The notes under the pieces were generated by a model. It ran no database searches. It had not been told where the DNA came from and was given only the letters and a program-made list of their open reading frames with translations. From positions 1,244,443-1,308,442 of the forward strand of contig OZ245887.1 in assembly GCA_965229545.1 (NCBI GenBank): a DNA stretch of 64,000 bases. The letters run 5' to 3'. Source of the stretch: Candidatus Megaera sp. (GTDB lineage: Bacteria > Pseudomonadota > Alphaproteobacteria > Rickettsiales > Rickettsiaceae). Shown piece by piece: positions 43,909 through 55,487 of the stretch (position 1 is the first letter of the stretch; each line of letters starts with the position of its first letter). The position numbers and the translations under genes are program-made.

Positions 43909-44361
43909 TCAAGCTTTGGAATTAAAGAAAGTAGAGACAGGAATATTATTCTTTATAAAGTATGACATTGGCCACCAAAAAAGGACAAACATTATGATAA
44001 ATCCGGTACTGAAACTCGCAGAGAAAATATTGATTAAAACTACAAAAGCTATGATAGAAAAAATAAACTGTACGAATACCATACTTAACTTAAAAGGGAG
44101 ATGTATAGATAATGATTGGCCTCGTTTATTAAAAACCTTTACTTCATTTAAAGTACTGCCGTCCATAGCAACGTGGTCAAAGTATATATTATTACACTTA
44201 GCTAGTATATATGGAACTAGGGTAAATGATGCAAGCATCCCCCAACCGCTGTTGTATGTAATAGAGAGAAATCCGCACAAAGGCATAGCAATCCAGGTCA
44301 GGACATTCCAGAAATTATCGATTGATATTATTGATCTTTTTGGAGAATCACTCATAAGCAC
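43909..44361 (-). CDS. multi-TM membrane protein convergent on traG, candidate entry-exclusion protein
   Basis: 150 aa with ~4 hydrophobic segments; function inferred from position only. Confidence 0.6.
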   Translation of the reverse strand: MLMSDSPKRSIISIDNFWNVLTWIAMPLCGFLSITYNSGWGMLASFTLVPYILAKCNNIYFDHVAMDGSTLNEVKVFNKRGQSLSIHLPFKLSMVFVQFIFSIIAFVVLINIFSASFSTGFIIMFVLFWWPMSYFIKNNIPVSTFFNSKA

Positions 44362-44383
44362 CTTCTGTTACTTGCGGTTTAAA

Positions 44384-44932
44384 TTGTATGATTGTATTGT
44401 CTCAAAACTTCTAATATTTTGCAAAGGAATTAAGTTTACCTGTATGGGGTTTTTATTCATGTTGTGCGCTTATGGTGCTAATGCTGATGAACTTGTGCTT
44501 GTAAAAAATCAAATCAGGCAGCTAATTGCCGTACAGGAACAACAGAACAATATCCCCTCAGGGTTATTACTTGCAATTGCTACGGTAGAATCGGGTAGCG
44601 AGCCGTATGCCTTGAACATTCAAGGCAAGTCGGTGATCGGAAGTAATAAGAGGGAAGCAGTAGCTCTAATCCACGAGGCCCTAGCTAAAGGCATAACGAA
44701 TATTGACGTGGGAGTAATGCAGTTAAATATCAGATGGCACCGGGAGAATTTTGGATCAATAGAAGAAATGCTAGAGCCGAAAAAGAATATAGAATATGCG
44801 GCTAGTTTCCTTTTAACACTCTATAAGAAATACGGTGATTGGCATAAGGCGGTAAGATTCTATCATTCAAGCACTGCGGAGTATTACAGGAAATATTCAA
44901 GAAAAATAACTTTAGCATGGATAGGAGCATGA
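44384..44932 (+). CDS. lytic transglycosylase (SLT domain)
   Basis: AIATVESG, DVGVMQLN, NIEYAASFL, AVRFYHS; start at TTG 44384 or ATG 44444. Confidence 0.88.
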   Translation: MYDCIVSKLLIFCKGIKFTCMGFLFMLCAYGANADELVLVKNQIRQLIAVQEQQNNIPSGLLLAIATVESGSEPYALNIQGKSVIGSNKREAVALIHEALAKGITNIDVGVMQLNIRWHRENFGSIEEMLEPKKNIEYAASFLLTLYKKYGDWHKAVRFYHSSTAEYYRKYSRKITLAWIGA

Positions 44933-45033
44933 GAATTTAAATGTCAAATAGCAAAAATATAATAATAACTTGGATTATACTCCGAAATTATAATATAATT
45001 ATGGAATATAACTTTATTGTAGGATTTTACGGC

Positions 45034-46217
45034 ATGTATAAATATAAAAGATACCTAACCTTGAATATTGAACCGCGTCAGTCAATTTTTTATGGGGAGC
45101 CAGAAAAACCGGTAAGTCTACATATCTAAAAAATTTATATCATGATTCAATATATTATGATTTATTAAAAACTGATCTATTCCTACGTTATATTAAAACT
45201 CCGTCTTTACTCAGAGAGGAAATACTTGCTTTACCGGCTGAAAAACTAGGCTTACCTGTTATTATTGACGAAGTACAGAAAGTACCCGCATTACTTGATG
45301 AAATCCATTGGCTTATTGAAAATACAGAAACAACATTTATTTTGTGTGGATCAAGTGCTAGAAAACTTAAACAGCAGGGAACCAATTTACTCGGCGGGAG
45401 AGCTATCAAGTATAATTTTTATCCCTTGGTTTATCCCGAATACAAAGAAGATTTTGATCTTTTAAGGATATTTAATCATGGTCTCATTCCTTCCCATTTT
45501 CTAAGTTCAAACCCTCGCAAACTGTTACAGGCATATATAGAAGATTATCTAACAAATGAGATTCGATCTGAAGGATATGTTCGTAATGTTCCTGCCTTTA
45601 GCCGTTTTTTAGATAGCACTATGTTTTCACACGGGGAGATGATCAATTATTCCAATATTGCCAGGGATTGCGGGATTGATTCTAAAACCGTTAAAGAATA
45701 CTATCAAATATTGCTTGATACTTTAGTCGGATATTTGATCTGCCCATATACGAAGAAAGTAAATCGTAATATAATCGCTCACACTCCCAAATTCTATTAT
45801 TTTGATGTTGGGGTTGCAAATGGTATAAGTAAAAGGCAATTCGAAACTTTAGCCGGAGCGGAAGCCGGGAAATCTCTTAAACACTTTATTTTAACTGCAT
45901 TAATAGCTTTCCTCAATTTAACCGATTCAGATTATAATCTTTACTATTGGCGGACTAATACAAAACTGGAAATAGATTTTATATTAGCCGATCATTTTTC
46001 CATGCCTATTCCGATAGAGGTAAAAAGTTCGGTACTTGTTCATAAATCTGAATTGAAAGCAATGAAGGCTTTTATGGAAGAGCATAAGGTAAGTAAGGGC
46101 TATGTGGTTTACCGCGAAAATAGTATGAGGAAAATTTCAATTAATAACGATAAGGAAATACTGATAATGCCGGTAAAGGAATTTCTTGGTTATTTGTGGG
46201 AACAAAATATTAAATAG
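45034..46217 (+). pseudogene. AAA_14/DUF4143-type ATP-binding protein, frameshift in T6 run ~45086-45091
   Basis: Restored WGARKTGKST Walker A, IIDEVQK, CGSSARKL, KFYYFDVG, YYWRT..EIDF, IEVKS. Confidence 0.8.
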
Positions 46218-46269
46218 AATACGGGGTAATTTAATTATACGGATAATGCAGTAGGGAATAAAAACGGTT

Positions 46270-49256
46270 ATGAGTAAAGTAGTTGGAAACCTGATTAGCG
46301 GCGGTCAAATATTCATCCACCAGATTGCCATGTTCAAGCAGATAGCAAACAAGGCGGTAAGCGTATCGTTTTTATTATCTCTGGTCTTAAGCAGCTGGTT
46401 TATCCGGGATCAGTTCAATAATGTTTCATGGCATCCTGCTCTAACATACTGGCGGGGTATTATCATGTACGAAACAGACAAGGCTGTTGATCTGTTATTT
46501 CCGGGTAGGCCGATTGGTAAAATTGATATCAGTACCGATCATCGTCAGATAAGAGAGGTAAGGCTTGATCACTTTGTAAGGGAGGGATACTACATCAAAC
46601 ATGGAGAGGCATTAAAATCCCTGGTAATAACTTTTGTTATTTACAACCTGATAGGGATAAAGTGTTTTCTGATAATAATTTTCATTGGTTGGGGGAAAAT
46701 AGGAAAATCAACAAAAAAACCCTGCAGCTAAGCGGTAGTACAGTCAAAACGGCTCAGGAAATAGCAAGTATATTAAGAAGTAGGAAAAAGGCAAGTGACA
46801 TAATCATTGCCGGTATGCCATTGCTGAAGGATTCTGAAACTAAAGGAATATTGATTACCGGTGCCAACGGTTCAGGTAAGACCAACTATTTACACGAGAT
46901 ATTGCCGCAAATCAGGAAAAGGAAGCAACCTGCTATGGTAATTGATCTGGAAGGAGGGATGTTCGCTCGATATTACCGCCCGGGATACGATATTATTATC
47001 AATCCTTTTGATGAGAGAACACATTGCTGGGATTTTCAGAAAGAGGTGCTAGAGAAGGAAGATCTTGAAGCTATTGCTCATTCATTATTTGCCGGTGCCG
47101 GTAAGGATTCATCGGAAGTAAATAAATTATTTGCCAACTGGTCTACGGATTTATTTATTACTCCGGCCTTTAAATATTGAACTAACATTAGAGAAATGAT
47201 ATAATAATATTGTATTAAGAGTAATAACAAAATGTCTAATAAAAAATTATCACCAAGCGATCTCAAGATATTAAGAAAGAAAGCAGTGGAAGCAATAGTT
47301 ATACATGGAATAAGCAAGAAACAAGCATCTATTACCTTTGGGTTTTCTAGGAGTTCTATATGGAAATATCTTAAAGAGTACAAAATTTCTAAGGAAGAAA
47401 GCTTTCGCTATAAGAAGCGAGGAGTAAAGGTAGGAACAGGATCTAAAATCAGTAAAAATCAAGAAGAGGAATTAAAATCTAAAATTTTATCACATACACC
47501 TGATGAATTGGGAATGGATTATACGTTATGGAATAGTAAAGTGGTACAAGAATATATAGAATCCAATTACCTTTATCAGTATAACAGGCGTTCTATAAGA
47601 AAAATTATGAATAGATTGGGTTTTACGTCTCAAAAACCAATTAAATCAGCCTATCAACGTAATCCAGAGAAGATAAAAGAATGGTTAACAGTCACATATC
47701 CAGAAATCAAGTCTCGTGCAATGAAAGAAAGTGCTAGAATTTATTGGGGAGATGAAATGGGGATACAATCAACAGATAATCGAGGTAAAACATATGGTCT
47801 TAAAGGCAAGACCCCAGCAATCAAGAGAAGTGGCTCAAGATTTAAATGTAATATGCTAGCTGCTATTAGTCCGCAAGGGTTTATGAACTGGATGGTATTT
47901 GAAGATAATTTTACCAGCAAAAAGTGTATTGAATTTTTAGGTAGACTTATCAGACAAATTAAGCAGAAAATATTTTTGATATTAGATAATCATAGAGTGC
48001 ATCACAGTAAAAAGGTAAAAGCTTATGTAGAAAGACATAAGGACAAGCTAGAATTGTTTTATTTACCATCATATTGTCCTGATATGAATCCACAAGAACT
48101 TGTAAACCAAGATGTCAAAGCTAACTCCAATAATTTTCGAGTACTAAAATCAGTAAAAGATTTAACAATTAATGTACGGTCCTATTTAACACAAATTCAG
48201 TTTAATGGTATAAAAATTCAAAATTATTTTAAAAAGAAAGAAATAGCTTATGCTACTATATAATGTTCAATATTTAAAGGCCAGAGTAATATCTGTAGCG
48301 TAGAGCATTTAAAAAATAATTCCAGACTGACTACTAAAAATCTTTATGAAATGATTCATCTTGATACGTCTTCAGCACTCATCAAAAAACTGAAGGGAAC
48401 ATCTGCTGCTACTATAATGGATTTAAATAATGAGAAGAATGTCACTGCTCATAATATCAGAAGTACCGCTATGGCATATACCAAGTGGCTTGAACTTGTT
48501 GATGAGAATGTAAAGCCCGATAGAAAGATATGTTTCAGGGATTATTTCAGGAATCTTGATAGGGAAGGTGACCGCTGGATATTCTTAACTGCCGGTACAA
48601 AGCATGCAAGGGTACTACTTCCTTTGATTTCGTTAATACTTGATGTAGCTGTAATGTCTCTTATGGAACAAGGAGAAGATTTAAAACGCAGGTACTGGTT
48701 TGCCATGGATGAACTGGCTGCGCTAAACAGATTGCCGGCTCTGGAGGTTTATATTACCCGCCTTAGAAAATACGGCGGCTGCTTACTTGCAGCTACCCAG
48801 AGCTTCAAGCAGTTTTATACAAAATATGGAAGAGATGCAGGTAACATAATGCTCTCACAGTTCAATACCAATATTGTCTGCAGGATTAATGACCAGGAAG
48901 AAGCGGCAATGATTATGAAACAGGTGGGTAATATTGAATACAGCAAAAAACAGAAGAATATATCATTTGGCGCTCATGAACATAGGGATGGAGAGAGTTA
49001 TACCGATCAGGAGCGTACCAAGCCACTGATTGATATTAATGATTTCAAGCTTTTGAATCCTTTGGAAGCGTATGTGCTGCTTCCGGAAGCAGAAGTTGCA
49101 ATCGGTAGGATCAAGTCTGAAATACAGGCTATACCTAAAAATCTACAACCGTTTTTTCTTCCAAAATCAAATGAAGAAAAAATATTGCCCGGTTTCCAAA
49201 ATGCAAAAAACACCGTAAAGAAAAAGGAAAAAGCTGTAAGTAAAAAAACAAAATAA
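46270..49256 (+). pseudogene. traD: TraD type IV coupling protein (F-type), frameshift ~46690-46715 and IS630 insertion
   Basis: ITGANGSGKT, IINPFDER, WFAMDELAAL, RKYGGC..ATQS; IS removal gives STDLF-ICSVEHLK in frame. Confidence 0.9.
47158..48289 (+). mobile_element. IS630-family element, copy C (transposase 47232-48263)
   Basis: IRs, TA duplication, intact 343-aa ORF. Confidence 0.95.
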
Positions 49257-49566
49257 AGGTATCAAAGTGATTTAAGTCACGTATCCGTAATAGTAGTCAA
49301 TAAATTTTTATTTAACAAATTACAAACTGCTTGATGAATAGAAGGTACTCTAATGTTCCAATAATCAACTCGTTTGTTGATAACTGTTATTCTTCTGACA
49401 GGTGCGATTAACGATTGGCTTGTTACTAAATAATTCCAGTGTTTCAAAAAGTTTTATAAAACTCCTATAAGATTTTTATAAATCTTTATCATTGAGTTTT
49501 GTCAAATATTTTTCTTGAATATTTCAGGAATTAGGAAATAATAAAAATAAAACTAATTAATAAATC

Positions 49567-49860
49567 ATGGACAAAAACGAATTAAAGCAAGCTGTATTAA
49601 ACAGTGATTTATATTCAAGATCTGAAAAGCTTTTAATAAACGAGTTAATAAGTATTTCGATAGATTTTGTATCTGTTGCAAGTGCTAAGTACTTAATGAG
49701 TAAAACCGGGTTATCACAAACAACTACATATACTTCACTTAGTTCTTTAAAGAAACGAGGGGTGCTAATTGTAAATAATAGGGAACCTAACTCTTATACT
49801 CTCAATCAGGAAGAGCTAACAAGGGTATTGAATTTCCATAAGAATAAAAACGAAAGTTAA
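49567..49860 (+). CDS. small winged-HTH protein
   Basis: SAKYLMSKTGLSQTTTYTSLSSLKKRGVL. Confidence 0.7.
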   Translation: MDKNELKQAVLNSDLYSRSEKLLINELISISIDFVSVASAKYLMSKTGLSQTTTYTSLSSLKKRGVLIVNNREPNSYTLNQEELTRVLNFHKNKNES

Positions 49861-50110
49861 TGCATAAAATCTTTTAATTTTAATAGGATTAACAAATGTA
49901 ATACGTAGCAGTTTAAAAAATTTCCGTAAATTACCCGAAACATTATTGACAATATCATTCCATATATTATACTCTATAAGCAAGACATAAAAAAACGTCT
50001 GAAATTGGAGCTTCAAACGTTTTTGTGTCTTGTGATTGAGAATATTTAAATCTTCTAAAACCTGAATACTCTCAATAATTCATTAACTCAACCTTTAACA
50101 GGAGAAGTAT

Positions 50111-50623
50111 ATGCAGTGTAGCAACAATTCCGCCTTAAGTAAAGATATATTCTTTCAGGCAAAGAATCATATTAATATCAATTCCATATTAAACAAATCG
50201 TCAGCCTTAAAGGAAATCAGTGGTACAAAAGCAAAAAAAGCTTTAACAAAAAATTTACTTGCACCAAGAGAAGCAATGCAGATGCTTTCTAATTTAGAAG
50301 CAGCCAGGGAAGCTATCAAAATATTTAATGAGCGTAATGACATAAAATTACCTGACAATATTATAGAAATTCCAAACTTTAATAGAAATAGAACTGATTC
50401 TGCAAATCTATCCGAGAGTGCTGACCAAACTTTTGTAGGAATCGGAACAAGAGCAAGGAAAGCCTTTATTGAGAAAGCAGATGAACTAAATATTAACGGG
50501 GATATTTCCGAGTATGACCCGATAGCTTCAGAACAGGTAATAGAGGAGGCAAAGCATAATAGCTATTTGCAGGATAAAGGTTTATGCTTTTGCTTTTCTA
50601 TAACAAAAAAGGTGAAGGTATAA
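50111..50623 (+). CDS. hypothetical protein
   Basis: 170-aa ORF with GGAG RBS. Confidence 0.5.
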   Translation: MQCSNNSALSKDIFFQAKNHININSILNKSSALKEISGTKAKKALTKNLLAPREAMQMLSNLEAAREAIKIFNERNDIKLPDNIIEIPNFNRNRTDSANLSESADQTFVGIGTRARKAFIEKADELNINGDISEYDPIASEQVIEEAKHNSYLQDKGLCFCFSITKKVKV

Positions 50624-50624
50624 A

Positions 50625-50879
50625 ATGATTATAAGAGATCGTTTTATTTCACGAGAAGAAGTATCCAAGCTTCTCTGGGGTATGGTTGGTGATATTTCTA
50701 CCCATAGTTTATCAATGTGGTTAAAATCAAAAACTGATAATGAATTTGTGGTAGTACCGAGGGAGTTTGTCTATATAACAGTGTTATTTTTTGAAGCAAC
50801 GGCATCGGAATATAAAGATAGGTTACCCAATTCACTAGAGATGTTAAAAGACTTAACGTCTATAAAAAATTATTTGTAA
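50625..50879 (+). CDS. hypothetical protein
   Basis: 84-aa ORF coupled to the previous gene. Confidence 0.5.
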   Translation: MIIRDRFISREEVSKLLWGMVGDISTHSLSMWLKSKTDNEFVVVPREFVYITVLFFEATASEYKDRLPNSLEMLKDLTSIKNYL

Positions 50880-51539
50880 AATAAGGGAAAAATCCTGCCT
50901 ACAAGAGGAACATATAATTTAAGAATGTAAAACTGCTACATTTATCAAAGCTAGAGAGAGTGGAACAAATAGGGAAACACTCAAATCTCTGAGTGCTATT
51001 TTATTCAGAATACTTCATATTCTGCAATCTGTGATGTCCCGACAGTTGATACGGCAGTGCTAATTGGCAGGTAGGGTTTTATAATTTATACTTATAATAG
51101 AAATCAAGAGCTAGAAGATAAGCTTATTAAAATAAGGCGTTGATTTTCGGCATAACCACATGGAAAAAAATACCGTCTAAGTATGTAAGTACCAGGAATA
51201 TGTTTAATTTATTTCCCAAAGGTAGTTATCATAAAATAGCAGAAGGAAATAATATTATGAATAAATTAAAGCAGTTAAGAATAGCTAAATAAGAAGTCCG
51301 AATATAAGAGTACTATTGTGAAAAATTAAAAGTTGAAAATTCAACCTTTCTGATGGATAAGTATGTAGTATATGCGAGATTAGATATACTAATCGACATT
51401 AGTGGAAATTTAATAACTACATGAGGAAATAGTATCCTTCAGTCATAAAAAGTTTTAAGAAAGATGCTAAGGAAATATACGCAAAATATACAGGTTATGG
51501 TAAGCAGTCGAGAGTATCTTTGATTAAGTAGGAGTTCAA

Positions 51540-51745
51540 AAATAAATACCCGAAACAACTAACTAAGGAAGAAGGATTAGAACTAAGAAAAATGCGGAAG
51601 GAAGCAGGTATACCAATACCTAAAATAGTAGAATATATGCATACTTACCCATCAAAAATCAGTGATATGGAAAGGGGAATAAAAGGAGTTGACCCTGATT
51701 TTGGAGAGATTAAAGAAACGTTACAGGTTAATTATACAATATAAA
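51540..51745 (+). pseudogene. XRE-like HTH remnant
   Basis: Open frame ELRKMRKEAGIPIPKIVEYMHTYPSKISDMERG. Confidence 0.4.
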
Positions 51746-52688
51746 AACACTTAAAAAAAGGAAGAAGGTAGAAAGTGAAGGAAGACAACTAGCCTGTATA
51801 AAGATATGCTGCAAATAGAGAGCTAACAGAAGAGGATAAAATAATTATTCTTAATAAAATAGAATGCTGCATTTATGAACCTATTCAAGCATCGATATTT
51901 CAAATGTGACCCAATAATCTGGGCAATAAGAGGTAAATCAGAAATAGTATGATAAAAGAAACTACCGCCATATTTAGAGATTGACCTAATATTATGCCCA
52001 AAATATCATCGAAAAGTATAGATAGGGAACTTTGTAACCTTCCGTATGTTATCACCAAAAATAGTTAGGATAGAGTTATTCCTTCTGATTTATTATCTCA
52101 GAAATATGGAAGAATAGTTAAAGACCATGAAATAGCAGTTCTGACGGCAAACAAAACCTAATACACTTGCAGAACAGATTCTAAAACTATATAAATAACG
52201 CCAGTTGCGCATTAATGGAGTCCTTTAAACTCAATAAATATAAGGTATACAGAAATATGAGTAATTTAAAAAAATAAGGTTTTTTGAAGTAATTTTAATA
52301 CAAACCGATGATTTTTATAACAAATTCTATATTTTTAACCCCCAATAGTAGTGATATCGTAGGAAAAGACTAGTGTTCATGTATGTTCTAATGCGAAACT
52401 GGCGTTAAATAGGTTTGCCGAGGGATTTAAGCTGAAAGTTTTTAGTTTAATCAAAAGGGAAGTAAAATTATATAAGCCGCCAATTCTGTTACAATATTTT
52501 ATCGCTTTAAATAAAATTCCAAGGAAGTTTTCGATAATTAATCAGTCTTACTGGAATCATTGTAAAGAATTATTTAATTCTATGCGAGTTATTGATCGTA
52601 TGGCTATAAGGAATCGGATGAAGCGTTGCTGATCTCTAATGGACTATAACAATAGAAACTTAACAATAAAGGATTATAGAGGTAAATT

Positions 52689-54230
52689 ATGCTTGAAAGA
52701 AAGAAGGTTACCAAAGCAATAGCAATTTCCAGGGTATCTTCAAAGGAACAGGAAGAAGGCTATTCAATTGCTGCTCAAAAACGTCGTATACAGGAATATT
52801 GTACTCGTAGAGGTCTTGAATTGATCAAGGTTTTTGAGTTGGTGGAGTCTTCTACCGTTGGAAACCGCACGCAATTCATGGAAGCCATTAGGTATGCTAA
52901 AGATCATAAAGAAATAATAGCAGTAATTACCGATAAAGTTGATCGCTTACAAAGATGGTTTAAAGAATCGGCATTACTTAATGATCTAGTTGAAAAAGAA
53001 AAAATAGAATTACACTTTCATATGGAAAACTGTGTAATTCATAAATACTCCACTTCGAATGAAAAACTAATTTGGAATATGAATGTAGTAATGGCGCAAT
53101 CTTTCGTTGATAGTTTAAGGGATAATGTAAATCGTAGCATAGAGCAGAAACTGCTTGGTGGAGAATGGGTTAGTACTGCTCCGGTCGGTTATTTGCATGT
53201 CAAGGGCGGTAGAAGGCAAGGTACGATAATTATAGATCAGGAAAGGGCACCTTTTATTAAAAGGCTTTTTGAAGAATATGCTACAGGTACTTACACTATA
53301 CCACAGATGCTGGCCAAAACTAGAGAATGGGGACTGACTAATTCAAGAGGCAATCAGGGTTATTTGTGCCGTTCTCATATCCATTCAATACTGACTAATC
53401 CATTCTATTATGGAGTAATGCATTACCGAAAAGGTAAAAAGTTGTATCCACATATTTATCAACCGATAATCTCAAAAGATCTTTTTGATGATTGTACGGC
53501 AGTGCTTAAAGGTTGGAATAAAAAACCATTTAAATGGGGAGAAAAAGACTATATATTTAGGGGTGTAATAACTTGTGCAGTTACAGGTAGATTAGTATCA
53601 TCAGAAACCAAGAAAAGGAAGCGTGCCGACGGTTCAGATTATGAGATAACTTACCTTGGGGCATGGAGTCCTGAAAACCCAAATAAGAAGGTATTTGTAA
53701 ACGAAGAAATATTATTGAAAGAAGTTGAGCAGATTTTTAAGTCGATGTACCTAGAGCCTGAGATGCTGGAAAAGGTTATAGGATATGTAAAAAGCTCGGC
53801 GGCAAACGAAAGAGATTATTATAAGACTCGTATATTAGAGCTGAATAAGGAGCTAAACAACGTAAAAAGCAAACTTGACAAATTAATGGACTTTTATTTG
53901 GAGGATAAGCTTAGTGAAGCCGAATATGATGAGAAAAGGGGACAATTAATTATTACCCGTGACAAGATCATAAGGGAATTGGAAGTCAATAATAATGCAG
54001 ACGATAATTTTAATGAAAGAATGATTGATGTACTTCAAATAGCTGCGAATGCTCATAAAGTTTTTCTTCTGTCGACGAATGAGAAAAAAAGAAGATTAAT
54101 AAATTTAGTCTTATCGACAGTAAAATTAAACGGCCGTAAGCTAGAGTACACCTTGTGTCCACCGTTTGATATGTTTGTAAAATTACCTAAAAATGAAGAA
54201 TGGCGCACCCGAGAGGAGTCGAACCCCTAA
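52689..54230 (+). CDS. large serine recombinase (integrase)
   Basis: ISRVSSKEQ catalytic motif, DKVDRLQR, APVGY recombinase domain, FRGVITCAVTGR Zn-ribbon-like motif, coiled coil. Confidence 0.92.
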   Translation: MLERKKVTKAIAISRVSSKEQEEGYSIAAQKRRIQEYCTRRGLELIKVFELVESSTVGNRTQFMEAIRYAKDHKEIIAVITDKVDRLQRWFKESALLNDLVEKEKIELHFHMENCVIHKYSTSNEKLIWNMNVVMAQSFVDSLRDNVNRSIEQKLLGGEWVSTAPVGYLHVKGGRRQGTIIIDQERAPFIKRLFEEYATGTYTIPQMLAKTREWGLTNSRGNQGYLCRSHIHSILTNPFYYGVMHYRKGKKLYPHIYQPIISKDLFDDCTAVLKGWNKKPFKWGEKDYIFRGVITCAVTGRLVSSETKKRKRADGSDYEITYLGAWSPENPNKKVFVNEEILLKEVEQIFKSMYLEPEMLEKVIGYVKSSAANERDYYKTRILELNKELNNVKSKLDKLMDFYLEDKLSEAEYDEKRGQLIITRDKIIRELEVNNNADDNFNERMIDVLQIAANAHKVFLLSTNEKKRRLINLVLSTVKLNGRKLEYTLCPPFDMFVKLPKNEEWRTREESNP

Positions 54231-54277
54231 CCTCTTGATCCGTAGTCAAGTGCTCTATCCAATTGAGCTACGGGTGC
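54201..54277 (-). tRNA. tRNA-Arg(ACG)
   Basis: Reverse complement gcacccgtagctcaattggatagagcacttgactACGgatcaagaggttaggggttcgactcctctcgggtgcgcca. Confidence 0.97.
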
Positions 54278-54347
54278 GTATAAAAAGGTTAACTACATGA
54301 ACCGACTTACTTATATAGGACCAAACATATCAATTGTCAAGGATATC

Positions 54348-55208
54348 TCAGGAAAGGGTGTTTACAAAAGAGTATGAATAAGGATCACTAAATATCTTTC
54401 TTAAAAACTGATTATTCAAACTATGACTAGTTTTATAGCCATTGATCGAGCCAATAAAATGGGTACCTGTAGTATATAAATCACCCATTAAATCTAGCAT
54501 TTTATGGCGAGCAAACTCGTTTTCATGGCGAAGCCCTTCATGGTTAAGAATTGTATCTTTATCAATTCCAATAGCGTTATCGAGGGAGGCACCTCTAGCT
54601 AGGCCTTTGCTTTGTAGGTAATTAAGATCCTGAAGGAAGCCAAAAGTTCGTGAATTAGCTATTTCCTCTTTAAAATTATTTTCTGCACAAAAAGTGTGCT
54701 TTTGTTTTCCAATTACTTTACTTGCAAAATCAATTGTTAAATCAATTGCTATACTGTCTGAAGGGGAAGCAAAAATTTCAGTCCCAGAATCTTCAATTCT
54801 TATTTCTTTAAGTAATTTTAGATATTTTTTGCGAGCATTTAAAACTCTTAAACCAGCACATTCAATCATGAACACAAATGGTTTGCTACTGCCATCCATT
54901 ATTGGCACCTCTGAACCATCAATTTCGACAAGTAAGTTATCAATACCACATCCCCAAATAGCTGCCATTAAGTGCTCAATGGTTGAGACAGAAATATTAG
55001 CGTTATTTTTTATAGAGGTAGATAAAGAAGTATCAAATACACTAGAATAATTTGCTAAAATTTTATTATCTACACAAGAGACATCAGTTCTTATGAAAAG
55101 AATACCAACATTTTCGCTAGCAGGTCTTAATGTTACCTGAGTCTTATTGCCAGAATGTACCCCTATACCAAAACAGCTTATGGGGTTTTCAATAGTCAAT
55201 TGATTCAT
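54348..55208 (-). CDS. lpxC: UDP-3-O-acyl-GlcNAc deacetylase
   Basis: GIGVHSG, STIEHLMAA, EVPIMDGSS, SRTFGF, RHKMLDLMGD. Confidence 0.97.
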   Translation of the reverse strand: MNQLTIENPISCFGIGVHSGNKTQVTLRPASENVGILFIRTDVSCVDNKILANYSSVFDTSLSTSIKNNANISVSTIEHLMAAIWGCGIDNLLVEIDGSEVPIMDGSSKPFVFMIECAGLRVLNARKKYLKLLKEIRIEDSGTEIFASPSDSIAIDLTIDFASKVIGKQKHTFCAENNFKEEIANSRTFGFLQDLNYLQSKGLARGASLDNAIGIDKDTILNHEGLRHENEFARHKMLDLMGDLYTTGTHFIGSINGYKTSHSLNNQFLRKIFSDPYSYSFVNTLS

Positions 55209-55487
55209 CGCTTATTAACTAATGTACAAATATTTAACTCCCGAATTCTAGTTGCTGCAAGATATAAATGGCAAACAAAATTTTATTACGTAATGTTTCA
55301 TATGTAAAAGCTATTGCCTGAAATTAAAATACTAAAATGGTGTGTATACAATTTTGCTATTAAGCAAAATAAAAAGCTAGGCTTTGTTCTGGAATCTGTT
55401 ATTATTCTCTTGTGTTTTAGGGGGTCTTAGATCTATATTCCCTAATATTATTGACTTTCTAAGTTAATATATAATTAAAATAAATTT

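Larger units (their letters stand above)
1..54230. mobile_element. RAGE-like integrative conjugative element (decayed); left boundary not identified in window
   Basis: F-type tra cluster, TraA helicase/primase, T4CP, repA-like gene and parB; a large serine recombinase ends in the 3' end of tRNA-Arg; many frameshifts, nonsense codons and IS insertions. Confidence 0.85.

Noticed and set aside
43916..44383. Long N-terminal extension of the transglycosylase ORF
   Set aside because: Fully antisense to the 150-aa membrane gene; the signal-peptide-like segment starts near 44384-44444
50880..52600. Possible cryptic locus upstream of the recombinase
   Set aside because: Very AT-rich with only short broken frames (one HTH remnant) and no repeats or structure recognised; consistent with decayed cargo
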